From positions 32,001 to 96,000 of IMG/VR virus record IMGVR_UViG_3300049427_000004: a stretch of DNA of 64,000 nucleotides; one strand, 5' to 3'. Position numbers and translations under genes: made by a program. Below are positions 22,588 through 35,446 of the stretch, one piece after another. Each line of letters opens with the position of its first letter. The first letter of the stretch is position 1. The DNA is from a virus. Under the pieces are notes generated by a model. That model worked only from the letters and a program-made list of their open reading frames with translations. It was not told the origin of the DNA and searched no databases.

Positions 22588-23824
22588 TTTTCATCTCTCC
22601 TTTCGTGATCCAATAATAGATTTATTTCAACTGAATCCTATCGTCGCATTTATTTATCAAATTGTTAAGTTGTTCTTAATAATTAGTACAATCCCTGTGC
22701 CAGACATCCAATTCTTCATGTGACATTTCAGTATCTGGGTTTTGAAAATATATAAACAAGTGACGTAACCTTCTTAAAGTTGTATCGATTTCAGTAAAAA
22801 ATTTTTCATCTGTGTTTACAGTGAACATCGAACTTACCTCCCTTCTTTACCCCATTAAACACTTGATTTATAGCCTTTCTGTCCACACAAATCGCTTACC
22901 TTTGCATTTTAATGCTTGTCGAATCCATGTCTCCGAATCTCTTCTAGAATAAATATTATGACTATTCTCAAAGATCGCTTCATCACCTTTTAAAATTTCT
23001 AAATCGAATAGATGTTCACTTACTGCTGGAGAATATCTACGATTTAAATTAATGATATAAGTAAGTCCTTTGACAACTATCTCTGATTTCCATCTATCCA
23101 TGCTCTCACTCCTTTTAAAGTTGTTGTTTCGTTACGAATGATACTTCTCTGTTGGTTCATTTAAAACCCATTCCAGAATGTCGATTTGAAGTCTGATTTC
23201 TTCCATATTAAATTTCTTCTGTAGCTCTTTAAGTTGAATCAGTTTTGTTTTAACTTGATCCGCAGTTCTCATTACTTATTCACCTCATGAATTTATCTTC
23301 TCATTAATAATCCATTTCGATTATTACTAATGCGTATGAATAAATATCCCCATCTTTTATAATCTGATTATATTTGATGTCAATCAATTTGAACTCATTT
23401 TCATTCTCATGGTTACTGAGAAATATGTTAATATCATCATGTATTCCTCTTCCATACTTGCTCACAAATTCCTTAGTCCTAATTCTTTTCATATCATTCT
23501 CTCCTTCATGAAATTAACCATTTATCGCCTCTAGTCTCTTACTAATTCAGATATTTCCCCTAGGTCTGCTCCATTCATAACTGCCTCTATTGCCATTATT
23601 AGTGCATCCCAATCATAATTTCGTTGAACGGTGTCAATAATTAAATCTTGGAACTCACTACCTTCTGTTTCGTCATATGCTTCATGAGTGTAACCCTTTT
23701 TTATAAGATAGTCTTCAAGTTCTTTAACCATTTGATTCGATTTTTGAGCGTGTTCTGTCATTTTGCGAATATGAATTCTCCATGATTCAGGTAGTTGTTT
23801 CATTTAATTATCCTCCTTATAAAA

Positions 23825-24187
23825 CTAGTCTTTCATTGCCTTATTTTCATCCACTATAGCCTTAATTTTTCTTAGCTGTTCTAAAGTGTATTTTGATTTT
23901 CCATAACCACTGAATGCTGTCCTAATGTCTGAATGCAGATCGTTAGATTCATCTTCATCTAAGATGTCTTGTTTTGAAAGATACAAAGTCCAATCGGCAA
24001 TATAGCCACCCATTTCTTGACTAAGGTCTTCAATATGAAACTTCAGAGGCCTATATCCATTCCCAACTTCAAAGTACTTTCGTCCGACTTTTGAAATAGT
24101 TTCTTCTCTGATAAAGACTTCCTTTCGACCTCTGGCATTATTGCCCACTGCTTTTAAAAAAACCTGTTGCCCTACTTCAAGTTTCAT
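23825..24187 (-). CDS. Hypothetical phage protein
   Basis: 120-aa ORF with RBS GAGGGAG. Confidence 0.6.
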   Translation of the reverse strand: MKLEVGQQVFLKAVGNNARGRKEVFIREETISKVGRKYFEVGNGYRPLKFHIEDLSQEMGGYIADWTLYLSKQDILDEDESNDLHSDIRTAFSGYGKSKYTLEQLRKIKAIVDENKAMKD

Positions 24188-24607
24188 ATATGTTCACTCC
24201 CTCATAAAATAACCATTTCAAGACCTTTTTTCACCTATATATAGTTAATATTCATATTGATATAACTACATATAGTATGTCTTTTGTTTATTTACTGCTT
24301 ATGTTCTTCTCTAAACTTTCTGATGCACTCCAGCAGCTGACTCTCTTCCATATTCCAAATTTCAGTTCGAGTTTTTCTATTGTTGTATATGAAAATATTG
24401 TCCATCAATTGACCGAATCTCATGTCAGGGAAGTCTCTCCAACACTCTTCAATTGCTTTAGTTACGGCATGAATCCGCTCAGGATCGCGCATATGTATTA
24501 CCTCCAAAAACTGAATGTGCTACAATTTCCCTTATTCGTAAGTTCATTGTAGCACATCGCTGTTTATATGGTCAATAATTATGTATTTGTTTTTGATAAT
24601 TTATTTA

Positions 24608-25231
24608 TTATTCTTTGTTCAATGTCCAGTCACATTTCTCAGGACGTTCAATAAGTTGAATAAATTCTAATGGTTGACCAGCGTCATCCACATAAAACAG
24701 TTTACCATCAATATTAGTCTGTTTCAGAATTTTTTTGTAATCTCCCCATCTAACTTCTTCTTTAATGAAGTCAGGGCTGTTTTCTTTTACAAACTGTACA
24801 AAACTAGGATCGTCTTTAGCTTTGGATACTTCTTTACCGTTAACAAGAATCTCTGGCTGTTGTTTTTTGAACGTTAAGCTGCGAGTGGGTAATTTAATCG
24901 TAGAACTAATTTTCTTAGCTTTATTCGCTTTCTCCTCATCAATGACTCGCAGTTGATAAGCATGAAGGTGCTGTTTGAAAAACTCAATATCATTCACATG
25001 CTTTTTAGCAGCTGACTCTTTCCATAGATCCATCTTTGCTTTAAACGAATCCATACGCTCATTGTAAATTTGCTCAATTTCTTCTACTTTCTTTTCTTTC
25101 TCGACTAGGATTCCATCTACCCAAACAGCCATTCCATAATCATAAACTCCCCATGCTTGATCTTGTTGCAGTTGGTAAACCTCATCGTCCTCAAGTAGTG
25201 CTTCTTCAATTTGTTGATTGTAAGTTGTCAT
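24608..25231 (-). CDS. gam: Host-nuclease inhibitor Gam-family protein
   Basis: Coiled-coil N-terminal half, then STIKLPTRSLTFKKQQPE and FIKEEVRWGDYKK typical of Firmicute phage Gam-like proteins. Confidence 0.7.
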   Translation of the reverse strand: MTTYNQQIEEALLEDDEVYQLQQDQAWGVYDYGMAVWVDGILVEKEKKVEEIEQIYNERMDSFKAKMDLWKESAAKKHVNDIEFFKQHLHAYQLRVIDEEKANKAKKISSTIKLPTRSLTFKKQQPEILVNGKEVSKAKDDPSFVQFVKENSPDFIKEEVRWGDYKKILKQTNIDGKLFYVDDAGQPLEFIQLIERPEKCDWTLNKE

Positions 25232-25806
25232 AATTTATTAATCTCCCTTTTTTTTGTTTTCATCATAATACTCTCGTTTCAAGACCTTTGCGATTCAATA
25301 AATTTCTTGATTTCTGTCAATTCTCTCATATTTCTTTTATAGAGCAGTGCAACGCACGCATCATGTATAGCATTAAGTTGTTCTTCAAAGTCTTTTCTTA
25401 GTGAAGAAGGACAGTCTAATTGATCTGGAGTAGCACAGTGAAATGCTTCTTCACTATCGGTACAACATGTTCCTTCATAATTCCAGTAGCATAAATCATT
25501 AGCGCAATTCATTTATTTTCTCCCTTCGAAATTACAATTTTAAAAGCTCTATCTATTATCTTTCAGTGTAAAAGAATCGCATGTGTCTGCTTCCACTAGT
25601 GTGTTCAATGCAAACTTCAATTCTCCACAGTATGGGACAAATGTATTCTCGTTCCCTGTATTCCTGATTCTTACCCAAGTTGAGTGAATACAATCGGAAC
25701 ATTCTTTCTTTGCAGCTTCATCTGGAAAGTTCTTTGTAAACTCCTGCTGGAGTAATTCCCAATCACTTAACTCTTTCATTTTACATCTCCTAATAAATTC
25801 ACGATT

Positions 25807-26166
25807 TTAAAGTAACTTTTCTTGTACTATTTCCCATGCTTTAACTCCATCTTCATATGCATTTGGATAATTTTGTGCGTAGAGGGAATTATCTCGTTTA
25901 ATTCCATCGAATCCAGCAGCAAAAGATTGAACGTAATTGTCGGTTAGTTCTTGTTCTAAATAATCTTCGACATAGCGTCCGTCTTCGCACATAAATTGAT
26001 AAACTGCACCCAAAGCACAAGCACATCCTTCCTTTGGAAAGAAATCTCCACGCATTGGTTTTAATCCTGTAGCCCTGTACGCTTCAATCACTAGCTCTGG
26101 ATAGACTTGTTTCATATTTTCATCTCCCTTTGAATTTCTCATTTTATAGGCTTTTCGAAATAGCAT
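25807..26166 (-). CDS. Hypothetical protein
   Basis: ORF; CACALGA motif. Confidence 0.55.
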   Translation of the reverse strand: MLFRKAYKMRNSKGDENMKQVYPELVIEAYRATGLKPMRGDFFPKEGCACALGAVYQFMCEDGRYVEDYLEQELTDNYVQSFAAGFDGIKRDNSLYAQNYPNAYEDGVKAWEIVQEKLL

Positions 26167-26701
26167 TTTTACGTTTTATCAATTCCTCTATTTGACCATC
26201 AATGAAATTGATCTGTTCGAGAATATGTTCATTCTCATTGATGCCAATTTCTTTATTCCATTCTTCTTCTAGTCTCCAAAGGTCTCTTTCTAGACCTAAA
26301 AATGTTCCATGAGCTACATTTTTAGTTTTTGAAACATTAAATGAAGGGGTGTAAGAGTCGCAATGAATCCCACAGCAATTATGGATTGGATTATATTCTT
26401 TATCAGATGAGCTACAATCGCAATAACTACCACTCATATTATTACTTGATAATGAGATATGATAATTGAACCTATCTTGATTTGTGTCCATATAGTAAAT
26501 TGAGACAGTGCCATCACTATACCCTTCTGACTGATCAGGTTCATAATGAAAATAGCAGTCATTTGATTCATATGTATTAATTAATTCCTCTAATTTATCT
26601 ATGTTTTGCTCTATGGTGTAAAAATAAGGATACATATCTACCCTTTCATCTTTCTGAACTTTAATCATAAAAGACTTCAAGTGTGTTAAAAATTTAGTCA
26701 T
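26144..26701 (-). CDS. Hypothetical Cys-rich protein
   Basis: 185-aa ORF, YCDC...HNCCGIHC. Confidence 0.55.
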   Translation of the reverse strand: MTKFLTHLKSFMIKVQKDERVDMYPYFYTIEQNIDKLEELINTYESNDCYFHYEPDQSEGYSDGTVSIYYMDTNQDRFNYHISLSSNNMSGSYCDCSSSDKEYNPIHNCCGIHCDSYTPSFNVSKTKNVAHGTFLGLERDLWRLEEEWNKEIGINENEHILEQINFIDGQIEELIKRKNAISKSL

Positions 26702-27432
26702 TCAATCTCTCCTTTGGAATGGAAATTTTTCTTTGCTCTTTCACTAGCTGCAATCCTATTCTTCTCGCTCATTACTCGTTTTTTACCTGATCTGAATGAA
26801 ACTTGACTAAAGTCCAACTCATACTTGTGTTGACCATCACTCAAAATCTCTATAGGCTCAACATTAACTCGCTTCAATTTATTGATAACTTTAGATTGAT
26901 AAGTACTTAATTTCCAAATTCCTGATTCATCGTCTGACTGGAGTACACTTTCACGCTCTGCTGCTGAATATGAAATAATAATCACCATTCCTTTGAAATG
27001 TCGTTTTTATGGCCTATTTGAAAGCCTTAAATCCTAATGTGAAACTCCAGTATAGGAAATTAATATATAGATAAACCTCTTTGTAATGCCCATAGTCCTC
27101 AGATGCTATATTTCCACCAAATGACCATCTATCAAAATTATGATCGCATCTTTGAAAATTAATGATTGGTTCAAATTTCAACTCGTATTACCTCCATTTT
27201 TTATTTATTAAAACTACCTATTTTACGTCTTATTGTAAAATCTCTTTTTTCAAGCAGCTTAAACTCTCAGTTCGTTCCTTAGTTTCTCGATCCAATTAGT
27301 CACCTCGTTTTATATTTTTGGTTTTAATGAATTTGAAGCACCATTTTCCGTTATCTTTGAGAAGTAATGATTTATCTCTTATGTATAGTCCTAATGCTAT
27401 GCAACTTATTCCCACCAAAGTCCAAGCAGCCA

Positions 27433-27777
27433 TTATGATACCTCGATTCCTTCAGCTTTCAGTAACAATTCACAAATGTTTTGAGATGTTGCTTCACTTA
27501 TATAATGCTTTCCATCATATAGCTTATCTAGCTTATCAATTAATTCAGGGTTAATTTCTTTTATAATATTGATCATTTTATAGCAGTCCTTAATATCTGT
27601 TGCCGGATTCCAAAAGTTAACTGGCTCAATGGCGATTCCTTGCTCATCCAACCAATATTCAGCAAAGTAAGGCAGTCCTCTATCATTGTTCTGAATTGTA
27701 GCTTTAGTCCATTTCATTAGCTTTTCACTTAATAAGTTATGAATTAACTTATAGTCGGTTTCCAATTCAATTGTCAT
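27433..27777 (-). CDS. Phage ABA-sandwich (BC1872-like) domain protein
   Basis: WNPATDIKDCYKMI and ICELLLKA resemble the family motif. Confidence 0.45.
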   Translation of the reverse strand: MTIELETDYKLIHNLLSEKLMKWTKATIQNNDRGLPYFAEYWLDEQGIAIEPVNFWNPATDIKDCYKMINIIKEINPELIDKLDKLYDGKHYISEATSQNICELLLKAEGIEVS

Positions 27778-28273
27778 CTCCTTATGAAAATGTGAATTTA
27801 TTTAGATTTCACTACTTCTAATTCTGAAATTTCTCTTTTGTTTAATGGTAAAACATGCTGTTCATATACGTTTCCGATGTCGTAATCAAATCCATACCTT
27901 TCACCACACACTTTACACTCCATAAAGGTTTCTTGCCCTGTTCCATCGCTGTCATAGTGTTCAAGTGAACCATCATCATTTACGTAATATTGATGTACTA
28001 CGCCATCAACTATGTGTAGCACCAGCCTTATGTCTTCTTCATTATGTTCATGTAGTATTTTACACCTTTCATTTTGACACGAAAATTTACTCATGATTCA
28101 CCTTACTTTCAATATTTATCTTACTATCAAAATATTCTTTTCCAGGGATTTCGTTAGAAGTGGCTTTACCACATTTTAAGCATCTGCTAATCGATCCTGA
28201 TTCAAATATGTCTTCGTTGCATATTATACATTTATCATTCAATTAAATACCACTTCCTCATAAATGTTCTCTT

Positions 28274-28690
28274 TCATCGAGCACTTTTTAATTTTTCAAT
28301 CTTATTGACCACTGCTTGAATAGATTCTTCTGATTCACGTTTAATTTCATCTAATTCATTTTCCAATTCTTTAATCTGTTTTGCGAAATGGAAATCAGGA
28401 TCAATTGTTACTGTATAGTATTTTTCATTTTCTGGTTTGATTTCTGCAAGAAATTCCAAGTTAGTAGCTCCATATTTAATTTGATTGAAATTTCCAAAAA
28501 GATAAGAATGACTGCTTATATTCTCTTGTTTTCGATCAATAGTTAGAGATGGCTGCTGCATAAAGGGAACGTCTATCGTACAAGGCTCACCGTTCCACAG
28601 TCCTCTAGCCTTAAGCGTGAAACCTTTTCCATCAACTCTTTTAGTGATATGTATTTCTTCAAATCCTACTCCACTATTATCTATGTTCAT
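28274..28690 (-). CDS. Hypothetical protein
   Basis: 138-aa ORF bounded by 18-bp sites at 28260 and 28705. Confidence 0.6.
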   Translation of the reverse strand: MNIDNSGVGFEEIHITKRVDGKGFTLKARGLWNGEPCTIDVPFMQQPSLTIDRKQENISSHSYLFGNFNQIKYGATNLEFLAEIKPENEKYYTVTIDPDFHFAKQIKELENELDEIKRESEESIQAVVNKIEKLKSAR

Positions 28691-29976
28691 ATGTCATTCT
28701 CCCTTTAAATTCCATCATTTATTTGATACTGTAAAGACTTAATAATTCATATTTAGTTTTAATCTGCATCTCATTTTTCCCTGCTCTATTCCAACTAAGA
28801 GCATCTTCCTCGCTCATTCTATTTCCTTCGCCATTATCCCATTCATGCAATCGTTGTTCTCCGTATTCCCTTTTGTACCATTCGCGATATGCTTCTAATG
28901 GCAAGGCATATGTAATCGGTGCATCAATTACACTTGACCAATGTAAATACAAATCTTCTTTAGTAACATCATCTTTTAAAACAAGTGTATATCTAGGCAT
29001 TTCCTCTTCTCCTTCCTGCCCAATGAATCCCGTATTTCTTCGGGTTAAATTTCCTCAGAATCAATTTCTATTTCGTCATTCTCACTTACCACTATAAGAT
29101 TTATTCCTTTTTCAATATATTGTGACCCTGACTCAGTGAAGCATGGCATTTTTCCATTTTGCATGACGTATCCATATCCTTCATAGAAATCATGACCATA
29201 ATGTGCTCTATTCCATGCAATATTTGCAGCATGGTCTTTTAGCGTTTTTAAATTTGTGAAATCCTCACGATAATCTTGCATCCACTTTTCATTTATTACA
29301 TTTTCATCAATTTCTATAATGTACTCATTAGTAGTAGTTACCACGCATTTAAAATTTTTCATTTAATCCTCCTGATATTTTCTTCTTTAAATCTTTACTC
29401 ATATCCTCAAAATAGTACCGTTGGTAATGAGAGTGGATTGTAATAATATCTTTCAACAATAATTCCTTCTTCATTTCGTCTGGTTCATTTAAGTAATCCT
29501 CACGTATTCTATCTAACATCTCTTGAGCAGTGATGGTCAATTTACCACTCCATTCTCCCTATAAATTCTTCATTTTATCTTCTAAATCTCCACAATCTTA
29601 ATTGCTTTTCCTTCAAATTTCATAATAAGAGAAACGGCATCCTCATTTCCAACCATATAGCAGCCGTCATATGCATCATATCGCACCACATTATCATCGG
29701 GATACTCTGGTTCTGTAGGCCATTCATCGTTATGTGATTTGCACTCACAAACTTCATTTTCTGTCTCATTAATAAAATCATAGTGACCGTGAGGAATATG
29801 GTATAATGTACTTTCTGTTGGATTACTGGCATTCATTCCAACAATAGTTCCATCAACAAGAATTCCACAAACATCAATTAATCTGCCTGATGGTAAACCA
29901 GATTGAGGTATAGTTACTTTTACTTGCTTGCTGATATTATCATCTCCATTCCCAATTAAATTTCCATTTCGTTGCC

Positions 29977-30270
29977 TTATTTAGACTGATTATATTGACT
30001 GATAATTTCTTCTCTAGATTTACCTAGCAGATCAAGGCAATGGTTGAGTAAAGTTAAATCAGAATGCTCTTCTTTTCTACAAAATCCACAACTGGTCTCC
30101 TGACTCCATCGGGAGCCTTCTGGAGTGTATCCCTCTTCCTCTCGTCTATATCCTTCTGATTCAGCACATTTGTCACTACACCAGTGTTCACCACATTCGC
30201 AGCCTACGTAATCACCACAATCAGGAAACGTATCGCTACATTTACTACACGCATACCAATCTACTCCCAT
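29977..30270 (-). CDS. Cys-rich hypothetical protein
   Basis: CSKC, CECG, CSDKC, CGFC. Confidence 0.6.
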   Translation of the reverse strand: MGVDWYACSKCSDTFPDCGDYVGCECGEHWCSDKCAESEGYRREEEGYTPEGSRWSQETSCGFCRKEEHSDLTLLNHCLDLLGKSREEIISQYNQSK

Positions 30271-30319
30271 TTACCTATCTCCTCTCATATTTACCTAATA
30301 AACTTCCAGTTTCAATGCC

Positions 30320-30808
30320 TTAATAATTGTACATTTTCCAAATTACATCCATTCTGTTCTTATCATTAATCTCTGAATTATTTAAAACATCTTCAACTTT
30401 TTTATTTTTATTAATAACCAAGAATAGATCTCCAAACTCATTCTCATATGTATTTTGACATTCATTTGAGTAATCCAATTCGCCTTCCCATGGCACATAG
30501 AAATCTTCACTAGTACCATCCTCGTAATGAACACCAACTGAGACAATATCTCTGGATTGTGTTATGCGTTCAAATTTATTCATCTCCCATTCTTCTTGAT
30601 CAAATGGCAGATATGATATATTATCATTCCTATTTATTGAAAGTGAAAAGTGTTCACAGCATCTCATTTTGCTAACTGAATTTACTGCAATCCTTCGAAT
30701 GCTGTCTTTGATTTCATCAATATGCAGATGACCTATTGACTTGCAGTCAATGGACATCACCTCGCAATTTTCAAACCCTAAATCGATATTTTTTATTTGT
30801 TTAAACAA
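30320..30808 (-). CDS. Hypothetical phage protein
   Basis: 162-aa ORF with RBS GGAGG. Confidence 0.6.
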   Translation of the reverse strand: MFKQIKNIDLGFENCEVMSIDCKSIGHLHIDEIKDSIRRIAVNSVSKMRCCEHFSLSINRNDNISYLPFDQEEWEMNKFERITQSRDIVSVGVHYEDGTSEDFYVPWEGELDYSNECQNTYENEFGDLFLVINKNKKVEDVLNNSEINDKNRMDVIWKMYNY

Positions 30809-30853
30809 TATTTATTAGCCTCCTTTTTCCTCATAAATGTCAAGTTTCATTGC

Positions 30854-31405
30854 TTATTCTTCAAGCTTCTTAAGTACTACTGGAAACATAAAGGTTGCAA
30901 ATTTCTCCGAATATAGCTCTTGAAAATGATACTTATGTTCTGCATTAATTTCCGAATTACCTTTGAATATGATGTCTAGGAAATGATTGTTGATCTCATC
31001 TAATTTTAGAATACTTGCATATTCGCCTGAATCTTGTTTAAATTCCTCATAAAGTAGAATATGCCCTAATTCATGAATGAAATTATAAATAAGTAATGTT
31101 CCATCTGAAAATTCAACATCTATAGCTTTGAAAAATGCTAATACTTCTTCATTTGAGCCTGTGTATATTTCATCTCCAAAATATTCAAACATATTGGAGA
31201 ACAGCATAATTTCGTAAGAAAATGACTTATCTCTTTTAGTTTTAGGCCTCTTGACGGACATTTGAGCAAAAGGAGGATTAGATTTATTACTGTCATACCT
31301 CTGCTCTTTAGGATATTCATAAACGCCATAAGTTATATTTGCTTCCTGAAGGATAGGTTTTATTTCTCTTATTTGCTTTAAGACATTATCTAATACTGGT
31401 GTCAC
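30854..31405 (-). CDS. HExxH metallopeptidase (ImmA/IrrE-like)
   Basis: FIHELGHILL with downstream SEKFA third-ligand motif. Confidence 0.55.
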   Translation of the reverse strand: MTPVLDNVLKQIREIKPILQEANITYGVYEYPKEQRYDSNKSNPPFAQMSVKRPKTKRDKSFSYEIMLFSNMFEYFGDEIYTGSNEEVLAFFKAIDVEFSDGTLLIYNFIHELGHILLYEEFKQDSGEYASILKLDEINNHFLDIIFKGNSEINAEHKYHFQELYSEKFATFMFPVVLKKLEE

Positions 31406-33624
31406 TCGATCCCCTCTTTCTAATCCATATGAAAGACAAATTTTATCACCTAAAAATAAGAAACAATCCTCCTGCTGATATTGCGGTAAAAAGGAATCCT
31501 AAAAACAAACCTTCTAATAATCCCTTGGCATGAGCTTGATGTTCGGTGAAAGTCCAATCTTCTATTTTCTTAATCAAACAAACTCCTCCATTCCACGCCA
31601 TAATACGTGATCATCTTCAACACATCTAAAATACTCATTCAGGGGTGCATGATCATTCAACGAACATGAAATTCGATCTCCCCAATATTCACTTACGTTC
31701 ATGGCAACTAATACATCAGCAATAGATTCTCTGCCATAACTGTCTACACATATAATCTTCATAAGTGCATCTCCTTTTAAAATTGATGATTCAACGCCTC
31801 TTCTTCATACGACCAACATAATCCAAGGCAATAAATACCCAAAAGAAACTCCACAAAATTATCTTATTTCTAATTCCGATATTAAACACTTCTGAGTCGT
31901 CCTTGGTGGTTCGTTTAAAATGCCAACTTAGAATGCTCATAACGATCCAACCAAGGGCAATGTATGCTACTACATTGACTGCAATATTAATTAATATGGA
32001 TATCATATTTTCACTTTCTCCAATCCTGATAAATGGTTCGATTTATTGGCTTTGATTCGGAAAGAAACTATCTAACTTGCTATGTTCTTCGCAAGCTACC
32101 ACTGGTATGAAGGTATCTTTAGCATTTTCGCTTTCGTAGTGTCCATAAGTACAACCGCTAACCGTTGCTTCATTTTGACACTTTCCATAATTGCATCTTT
32201 CCATTTTTAATTCCTCCTGTTTTTCCGATGAAAAGTTAGTTTTATGCTCTATAAAGTCTTTACATTTAAACTTTCTCTGTCTTCCTTTTCATAACATATT
32301 TAACTACCATGTAAGCACCAAAGAATATAACTACGTAGGATATGGAACCAGACAATTCAATAACTGTATGAAGTAGCGGATGTGCGTCTGCCCACTTCCA
32401 GAAATAAAAAGTCTCCATGTTACTTTCTTTACCGAGATCACCAATCAATTTTTCTAACATTTAATAATCCTCCTCATTATCTCTTGATAACAACTCAATG
32501 AGGATATATTCTGTTGTGATTAAGAGAAAATGAGTACTGTAACTGAGTCGATCAATTCATATGTATTTTATATTTTTACTTTTTTACGTTCTTCTAATGT
32601 CTTCAAATAATAATCTTGATTCAAGCAGCCTCTACTTATCAACTCATCGACCATTGCTATGTATGTTGGTGCGTTATTCAAGTATTTAATACCTTTGTTA
32701 CCCTCTCTACGTTCGCAGAGATGAATACAATTCAGTAAGTGACTGTCCTCCATATTATGTGGTTCATAAACCACTCCAGTTGATGTTGTCCATGTGGCTT
32801 TTTTCTTTTGATTGAATTGATTAAACTTTGGATATTTACTACCATCAAGCATCCTATCTATGTAATGATCGGCTATTTCTCCCATGTGATTAAAGATCCC
32901 TCCTTTCTATGGGTAATGAATGATGACTTTCAAGGACAGTTAATGACTCAAATGTTCATGCATTCCTTGACTAAAACAAGCAGCAGGATCATCGTCATAT
33001 CTTGGATGTTCATCTAGGAAATTAATTGCTGCATTCACACAATCATCAATTGTGAAACCTTGTAACAAATAATAAGATACATCACTTTCAATTGAGTCGA
33101 AATCCCTGTCATTAACTGAGTATGGATACTTTTCCGTTAAGACATCATATAACGTTTTCCTCAATAACTCACCCCATAGTAAATAATTTTCATTGCCTAT
33201 GCATTAGTCTCCAACTGGCTTAAATTCCTTTATGTAATCCACTTTAAGAGAATCACCCTCGCGAACACGATAGTGATTCATATGGCGTTCTAGAGCTTTA
33301 TGCGCTGCCTCAGAACTAACATCCTCGATAAACTTGTGAATGTTGATATTTTCTTCATCCACTTCTGTATGAATGATATTTGTTGTTACTTTTACATCTT
33401 TTATATCTTTATGTGTAATGGAAACTTCGTACTTCATCTTCTCAACTCCTTTAGTAATCAATCATCTCTTCTCGGCCATTTTCAGTCAAAGCAAGATGTT
33501 CATCATATTTGAATTCTCTGGCTTTGTAGTCTTTCTTTGGCTTAGTGAATTTACCACTTGTGAATTTACGATCCTTCTGCATATATTGTTTCTTATTACG
33601 TTCGTCTTGTTTCATATTTCCTCC

Positions 33625-34152
33625 CTAGACTCCAAAAAAGTTAGCAATGTCATTCCAGTTTTTCACTCGCTTAAAACGATTTTCATCTTTATTATGAGAA
33701 GCATCAAAAAGAAGTTTATTATCTCCCTTAAAGGTCTCTAAGTTGTGAGGCGCATCATCGATTAGGCTATCAGCCAAACAAATGCTTTTATTAACTGCAT
33801 AGACTACATTCTCTCTTTTTATGAATGGAAAATGTGTTTTGATCCATTTTGCTTTTGCAGGAATAACAGAAGCATTCCTTGCTGCTGTGACAATAAAGAC
33901 GTCATATTTTTCAGTAAGTTTTTTTACAATTTCTTGTGAGCCGTGAATCACAGGTAGGTTTTCAAACATATCTGGAGTTAGCATCTGATAAATCTTCTTC
34001 CCACACTCAGGCCTTGTAAGTACATGCCAATCCCACATCGTAATATCAGACACGTTTAAAGTATCATTGTATGTATTGTTATATCTATCAACCCAAGGTG
34101 TAATTAAATCAGCTAAGACATGATCTTGATCAACACAAATTCTTTCTTTCAC
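33625..34152 (-). CDS. 5'(3')-deoxyribonucleotidase (NT5C, HAD family)
   Basis: CVDQDHVLAD, FIVTAA, KAKWIKTHFPF, LIDDAPHNL. Confidence 0.85.
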   Translation of the reverse strand: MKERICVDQDHVLADLITPWVDRYNNTYNDTLNVSDITMWDWHVLTRPECGKKIYQMLTPDMFENLPVIHGSQEIVKKLTEKYDVFIVTAARNASVIPAKAKWIKTHFPFIKRENVVYAVNKSICLADSLIDDAPHNLETFKGDNKLLFDASHNKDENRFKRVKNWNDIANFFGV

Positions 34153-34154
34153 TT

Positions 34155-34694
34155 TTAACCTCCAATAATATCTCTGACATCCTCAACAGCATCCTCTAGA
34201 AATCCTAGTTTGTTTGTCACAACATAGTCATAGTACACAAGATTATTAACTTCATCGTCGTATGTTTTAAGACGTTTAGATATATCTTCTTCTGTATCTC
34301 CTCGTTGTCTCATATTGGACTCTACTGTTTCACGATCACAATAAATGAAAATTGACACGCAATTACTATGTATAGCTTTCATTTGACGCATTCCTTTGTT
34401 ATCACAGATGAAAAATGTATCGCCTTTTCCTAATTTGGATTCATATTCTTCACGAGTTACTCCATAAAAATTTCCACTATAATTTGTATGTTCAATCAGT
34501 CCATTATTATTGAGCAGTCTATCGAATTCAGATTGTTCTATGAAGATATAATCTACTCCATCAATTTCACCTTCGCGTGGCTTTCTGGTTGTGAAAGAAA
34601 CAATTTCTCGATCCATGATAGATCGTAGGACTGTTGTTTTGCCTGAACCAGATGCTCCTGAAACTAAGATTAGCTTATTCTGCAAGAAGTTCAC
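34155..34694 (-). CDS. Guanylate kinase-like nucleotide kinase
   Basis: GASGSGKT, SFTTRKPREGEIDGVDYIF, YSGNFYG. Confidence 0.9.
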   Translation of the reverse strand: MNFLQNKLILVSGASGSGKTTVLRSIMDREIVSFTTRKPREGEIDGVDYIFIEQSEFDRLLNNNGLIEHTNYSGNFYGVTREEYESKLGKGDTFFICDNKGMRQMKAIHSNCVSIFIYCDRETVESNMRQRGDTEEDISKRLKTYDDEVNNLVYYDYVVTNKLGFLEDAVEDVRDIIGG

Positions 34695-35446
34695 CCTTTC
34701 ATTTGTGAGATGATATTAGAAATGTCAACACTATCATCATAATTAACCTCATAATATCTGTTGTTTAAATTAATTTGCAGGACTAAGCTTCTCGATATTC
34801 TATATTGCCTTGCAATTACTTTTTGATAATAACCTAACTTAAGCAACTTCTTTATTTCTTTGACTTGAACATTGGTGAGAACAGCATCACTTCTCTTATT
34901 TTTTCTGTTATCGATATAAGGGATTTCGATGTCATCATCTGACATAACACTAGTCCAACTAATATTATTGTTGATTGAATTGATTGCACTTCTTGATACA
35001 TTAAAATGTTCAGCAATTTTATGTTGCTTGAAACCCTGTTTTAATAGCTTTCGTATCTTCTTGACCGATTCTTCATTCAATATTGACTGTGCGCACTCTC
35101 CCCCCACTGGAGTCAAACCAATTTGATGTTGATGTTGTGAATTTTCAGATAGAGACATACCTTCCAAATTGTTCATAAGATTATTTAACTTGTTACCATC
35201 AATATGGTTGACACTCTCATATTTTACTAATTCATTTACTCCAAAATAATAGGCGAACAATACTTGATGAAGATACACTTTTTTACTATTGATACTTAAT
35301 TGAACGTATCCATTCTTGCCAACATATCCTATTGAACGCCTTTTTTTGTTAACAAGTTTCCCATTTTCAACAATATATTGGCAGCTATCTATCAAGTCTA
35401 AATATAAATTAACTGTTTTTATCGTACTTTCTTTAATTCTTTTCAT
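34691..35446 (-). CDS. Free-standing HNH homing endonuclease with tandem C-terminal HTH repeats
   Basis: YLHQVL...VNHIDGNKLNN..NNLE; two similar repeats (LNEESVKKIRKLL... and LTNVQVKEIKKLL...). Confidence 0.85.
   Translation of the reverse strand: MKRIKESTIKTVNLYLDLIDSCQYIVENGKLVNKKRRSIGYVGKNGYVQLSINSKKVYLHQVLFAYYFGVNELVKYESVNHIDGNKLNNLMNNLEGMSLSENSQHQHQIGLTPVGGECAQSILNEESVKKIRKLLKQGFKQHKIAEHFNVSRSAINSINNNISWTSVMSDDDIEIPYIDNRKNKRSDAVLTNVQVKEIKKLLKLGYYQKVIARQYRISRSLVLQINLNNRYYEVNYDDSVDISNIISQMKG

Noticed and set aside
22585-22594. Frameshifted HNH pseudogene (ATG followed by five A)
   Set aside because: An in-frame ATA at good RBS spacing explains it without a mutation; a homopolymer sequencing error cannot be excluded.
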